A program made the position numbers and the translations under genes. This document shows positions 60,296 to 64,000 of a DNA stretch of 64,000 nt, piece after piece. Under the pieces are notes generated by a model. The model was not told where the DNA came from. It did not search any database and saw only the letters and a program-made list of their open reading frames with translations. The stretch lies in the IMG/VR virus record IMGVR_UViG_2651869679_000001; one strand, 5' to 3'. Within the stretch, counting starts at the first letter, position 1. Every line of letters starts with the position of its first letter. Origin of the DNA: an uncultured virus (IMG/VR IMGVR_UViG_2651869679_000001). Taxonomy: Duplodnaviria; Heunggongvirae; Uroviricota; Caudoviricetes.

Positions 60296-61752
60296 TAGAA
60301 CACGTTTCCTCCTTTCTTTTTATATTGTTTAAGAATATTTTCTTTAAGTCCCATACCTTTTTCATATACCTTCTTATCATAAGATACTGTCCTATCATAA
60401 AGTGATAATGCTACGGCATCAGCTCTATCTGGTGAAGTTAAACCTCTCTTTTTCATATCCTCTTTAGATTCAAGTATGAGTTTACCTTTACTTGTTATTC
60501 TATATTTTCTAGTAGTAAGCTGACTTATTAACTTTTCATCTTTAGGTAACTGTATTTTAGGCTTTCCTCCTCTCATATGCGACGAAAAGTTTTCTTCTAA
60601 AACATCTCTAACCTCTCCCCATATACATGTACCTAAATTAGCATAATATAAATCATATGATTGTCCACCATTATTTACTGGAATAACATCAATAGGTAGT
60701 CCTTCTTCTTTTACAACTTCTTCAAGCCTATCAGTAACTCCACCACCTACACCAGTATCATCAATCTTAACTTTGCATCTTTTAAGGAATGGATACTTTT
60801 CAAAATAAATTCTGAATGTTTTTATTATATAGCCAACAGTAACCATTGTGCTTTGCTTACTATATGAATTTAATTTAAGTACCTTATCACCTATTCTAGG
60901 AGCAATAATTGTTTCATCATCACCATATCTGGCAACATCCACTCCAAAATGAAGTATATGGTCTACTGCTTCAATATTATGTTGAATTGCTAATTCAGCA
61001 TATTCAAGAGCTATAAAGGTATCAAGTTCGCCCTTAGGGAACTCTCCAAGAACTCTTACCCTATAAACATCACTATCCTCATGGTATTTTTCCTTAAGCA
61101 TTTCAATGTTTTCTTTTGAAGTTCTAGAACTATCTAAACTGCTAACTTTATGTGTTTTATAGTGTGCTCTGTCCCTATTATGGCTATCATAAAAAACTCC
61201 ACTTGTTTTATTTGGATTTCCACACATTAAAAGCTTATTTTCTGCTCCCGATAAAGTACCAAGTATAGCTTCCATAATAGGATCAGCAACACCTGAAGCT
61301 TCATCAACTATAAAAAGCATATAATCTTCATGGAATCCTTGCATGTTTTCAGGCTTTGTTGCCGTTTTAGCAGTAGCAAACCATCTTTCTTCTTCGCCTA
61401 TCATATATATTTTAGTCTTGGTCCATTTTAGAAAGTCTTTAACTTTACTTTTATTTAGCCACTTAGCTACCTCTGCCCAAAGTACATCATATAATTGCTG
61501 CATTGTTGGGGCTGTTGCCACTACTTTAGGGAATGGCCTACAACATAAAAACCAAATTATAATAGTTGCTTCAAGTCCTGTTTTCCCAACTCCTTGACCA
61601 CTTCTTACGGATACTTTAGGAGTATTTGCAAGGTCCATCATTACTTTAGCTTGCCATTCATCAGGGTGAAAATCTAGCATATCCTCAGCAAAAGCTACTG
61701 GATTATCCCAATAAATGTCTAATAACTCAACAAATATATTAAAATCATCCAT
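60295..61752 (-). CDS. terL: Terminase large subunit
   Basis: [37 protein letters not shown]. Confidence 0.95.
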   Translation of the reverse strand: MDDFNIFVELLDIYWDNPVAFAEDMLDFHPDEWQAKVMMDLANTPKVSVRSGQGVGKTGLEATIIIWFLCCRPFPKVVATAPTMQQLYDVLWAEVAKWLNKSKVKDFLKWTKTKIYMIGEEERWFATAKTATKPENMQGFHEDYMLFIVDEASGVADPIMEAILGTLSGAENKLLMCGNPNKTSGVFYDSHNRDRAHYKTHKVSSLDSSRTSKENIEMLKEKYHEDSDVYRVRVLGEFPKGELDTFIALEYAELAIQHNIEAVDHILHFGVDVARYGDDETIIAPRIGDKVLKLNSYSKQSTMVTVGYIIKTFRIYFEKYPFLKRCKVKIDDTGVGGGVTDRLEEVVKEEGLPIDVIPVNNGGQSYDLYYANLGTCIWGEVRDVLEENFSSHMRGGKPKIQLPKDEKLISQLTTRKYRITSKGKLILESKEDMKKRGLTSPDRADAVALSLYDRTVSYDKKVYEKGMGLKENILKQYKKKGGNVF

Positions 61753-62437
61753 TTGAATTCACCTCAGATTGTTGCTTCTTTTCTCTACGTTTAGCAATCT
61801 CCTGAATAGCTGATTTCCAATCCTTAATACCAGCTTTAGATCTTTCTTTATCTAATCCTTCTAATTCTAAATAATTTTTAACTAAACTTCTTAACTCTGA
61901 TATAGCTCTACTCTGTGCATTTAAAAAAGTGGCCTGTCTATCCCAAGCAAATTGGAATTCATATTCCCTTTCTTCTGATGAGCTTTTATCGCCCCATGAA
62001 TCTTTTGTCTTTTTTAATTCCTTTATCATTTCTTCTTTTGATTCAACATGCATTATTCTCTGTGCCCTTATTATTGCTGCATACTGTAACATTATCTGAT
62101 CCCATAATATATCTAAAGGTTTCTTAGTTTCTATTTCTTCCATTATTCCTAAAGTTTCTTCCGGTAAATACTTAGAGAAAAAGCCATGTTTCTCCGCATT
62201 CTTATTCTTTGCTGGAGCTCCATGGCCTACTGCATTCTTATTATTTAAGGGTGCACCCTTTTTATTTTTGTGTGCACCCATTTGTTTTTTCTCTTCCGAC
62301 CAACCATATCTTTTTACCCAGGACTTAATTGTATTTAAACTAACTTTATATTTTTCAGCTAAGTCTTTATATTTCATACCTTTTAAATAATCTTTCTTAG
62401 CCTGTTCTTTAGTATCTGGTCCTCTTATACTTTCCAT
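61745..62437 (-). CDS. terS: Terminase small subunit
   Basis: N-terminal [23 protein letters not shown]. Confidence 0.9.
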   Translation of the reverse strand: MESIRGPDTKEQAKKDYLKGMKYKDLAEKYKVSLNTIKSWVKRYGWSEEKKQMGAHKNKKGAPLNNKNAVGHGAPAKNKNAEKHGFFSKYLPEETLGIMEEIETKKPLDILWDQIMLQYAAIIRAQRIMHVESKEEMIKELKKTKDSWGDKSSSEEREYEFQFAWDRQATFLNAQSRAISELRSLVKNYLELEGLDKERSKAGIKDWKSAIQEIAKRREKKQQSEVNSNG

Positions 62438-62478
62438 ACCACCACCTCATTGCTAGTTGCTTTGTTTGTTTTGAAAAT

Positions 62479-62504
62479 CAAAAAGAGCCCTTATGAGCTC
62501 TTTG
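62479..62504 (-). terminator. Terminator after PepSY gene
   Basis: AAAAAGAGC-CCTTATGA-GCTCTTT. Confidence 0.6.
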
Positions 62505-62533
62505 TTAAATTAATATGTTTTACTAGAATTTAA

Positions 62534-62797
62534 TTAATCAAAATCCCTATCAACTTCAATTATCTGTCCTGTGTTAGCATTTATTTTTACTTCATAAATT
62601 CCAGCAGTGGTTCTAATGCTAACTTCATAAACTAATATACCATCTTCAACATCTAACTCAACTCTTACTACCTGTCCTGGAACCTGCTGTAGTGCAATTT
62701 GCACAGCTGCTTCACTACTAATGCGATAACTTCTCCAGTATCCATCCCATAAAGCATAATAATTAGGTATCATTATAAAATCATCTTCCTTTTTCAA
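62534..62797 (-). CDS. PepSY-domain protein (moron)
   Basis: IS.EAA.QIAL..VPG.V..VELD.EDG..VYEV...EVKINANTG.I. Confidence 0.85.
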   Translation of the reverse strand: MKKEDDFIMIPNYYALWDGYWRSYRISSEAAVQIALQQVPGQVVRVELDVEDGILVYEVSIRTTAGIYEVKINANTGQIIEVDRDFD

Positions 62798-62888
62798 TAT
62801 TTACATGATTATTATATTCAATTATTTAAAGATTAGTGACTTTTAGCAATGTATACTCTTAAGTTATCTCTTTCTTAATACTCTTAAT

Positions 62889-63098
62889 CTATTTTCCCCA
62901 TGTTCTTTGCTTTATACTTCCACCTCTACCCCTACAATAACTATCATGCTGCATCAATTCCATAACATCAGAAAAGGAGAGATCCTCTTTCTTACCTCTC
63001 CCACACTTTTTCTTATTCTGTTTTATATTTTTATTTAACTTCCTATGTGTATCAGGTTGCTGAGTTTTTAATATCTTTTCTATCCTCACATATCCCAC
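62889..63098 (-). CDS. Hypothetical basic phage protein
   Basis: 69 aa; MQHDSY.RGRGG.IKQ. Confidence 0.65.
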   Translation of the reverse strand: MGYVRIEKILKTQQPDTHRKLNKNIKQNKKKCGRGKKEDLSFSDVMELMQHDSYCRGRGGSIKQRTWGK

Positions 63099-63285
63099 CT
63101 ACCTCACATTGATTTGAACAACTAATTAAATCTACTTTGCATCCCATGTAATGCTCACAAAATCCATTACTACCTTTTTTAAAGTTCTTGCAGTACTCCC
63201 TTTTGTTTGCTTTATATAAACTTTTATTTTGTATTTCTTCCTTTTGAGAAAATATATATTTATCTAAAAATTTACTTAGTTTCAT
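63052..63285 (-). CDS. Hypothetical Cys-containing protein
   Basis: Likely start MKLSKF after AAGGAG RBS; several Cys. Confidence 0.5.
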   Translation of the reverse strand: MKLSKFLDKYIFSQKEEIQNKSLYKANKREYCKNFKKGSNGFCEHYMGCKVDLISCSNQCEVGGICEDRKDIKNSAT

Positions 63286-63523
63286 TGTCTTATTCTCCTT
63301 ATGTATATGAATATAATCTCCTGGACTTATCCAGGTATGTAAAAAGCACCTAACCTCTAGTGGGGAGCGAATCACCCACCTTTAGTTAAGTGCTTTTAGT
63401 ACATATAACACAATACATTGTATATTTTTTATTTTTGCAGTTACCTTGTACAATAAGTCCCTGCTTTATATATTTTTGCTTAATATCATAATAACATAAG
63501 TAAATCGGACAATGGGGACAACT

Positions 63524-63949
63524 TTATTTTAAAAATCTTTCTGCAACTTTCCTAACACTTTCTGTAGTAGTTCCTCCGCCCACATTGGCAGCTACCTCTT
63601 CCCATGTTAGTCCATTTATATACCTTAAACTTATAATCTGCCTTGTTAAACTATCTTCTATACCTTCTATAAATTCATTTGTTTCTTCTACCAAATCCAT
63701 CAATTCACTTATTCTTCTACTTAATTTCTTTCTTAATCTAATTGTTTTCCTGTTATATTCTTCGTAGTTTACACCCTCTATAGTAAAACTTCTTTGCACA
63801 TAAGGAAAATGAGAACTAGAACCTCTTACTTTATCAATTGCCATTGTATATTCTAGATTATCTATTTGTTTCTTTATCGCTTCTATTTCTGTTTTTAGAT
63901 ATCTTAATTGCTTTAGTTGTTCCTTATCCATGCTTGTCCTCCTATTCAT
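63524..63949 (-). CDS. Late transcriptional activator (ArpU/RinA-like)
   Basis: RQIISLRYINGLTWEEVA HTH; upstream of packaging genes. Confidence 0.75.
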   Translation of the reverse strand: MNRRTSMDKEQLKQLRYLKTEIEAIKKQIDNLEYTMAIDKVRGSSSHFPYVQRSFTIEGVNYEEYNRKTIRLRKKLSRRISELMDLVEETNEFIEGIEDSLTRQIISLRYINGLTWEEVAANVGGGTTTESVRKVAERFLK

Positions 63950-64000
63950 AAAACTTATTTTTATTCCATGTTTTAATACAAGTTTTATTTTCTTTTATAC

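Larger units (their letters stand above)
25983..64000 (-). mobile_element. Temperate siphoprophage integrated at tRNA-Leu (late region and cargo); continues past the right edge
   Basis: terS-terL-portal-MuF-scaffold-capsid-connector-tail-lysis order ending at the tRNA fragment. Confidence 0.92.

Noticed and set aside
487..63767. Most plus-strand ORFs in the six-frame track (e.g. 13185-13535, 43528-43992, 48581-49042)
   Set aside because: Antisense shadows of long minus-strand genes with no RBS or recognisable motif

Overview
Very AT-rich Clostridium DNA (protein content typical of C. botulinum Group I / C. sporogenes) holding two related phage-derived elements, almost entirely on the minus strand. 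(1) About 1-25.7 kb: a headless siphovirus-type tail element. It has a repressor/cro switch, replisome organiser plus DnaC-like loader, late activator, head-tail connectors, tail tube, short tape measure, a large unusual tail-tip cluster including a caspase-family protease fusion, three lectin/propeller cassettes and XhlA. It has no terminase, portal or capsid, and no integrase is seen in the window. A LexA-box-controlled 49-aa ORF sits beside its repressor. (2) About 26.0-64 kb: the late half of a temperate siphoprophage bounded by a 3' tRNA-Leu(CAA) fragment (att site), running from terminase to endolysin. Its cargo includes a conjugation-like module (relaxase-like protein, VirB4/VirD4-like ATPase, pilin-like proteins) with sporulation-type promoter matches, a CWB2-ComEC surface hydrolase, a three-gene nuclease operon (candidate defence system), HNH plus C5 methyltransferase, a lipoprotein, and a MuF toxin with a CPCC immunity candidate. 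Both elements share a conserved UUU-CGU +1 frameshift site in the tail chaperone genes and a conserved late-leader hairpin. All family calls come from reading motifs, not database searches.
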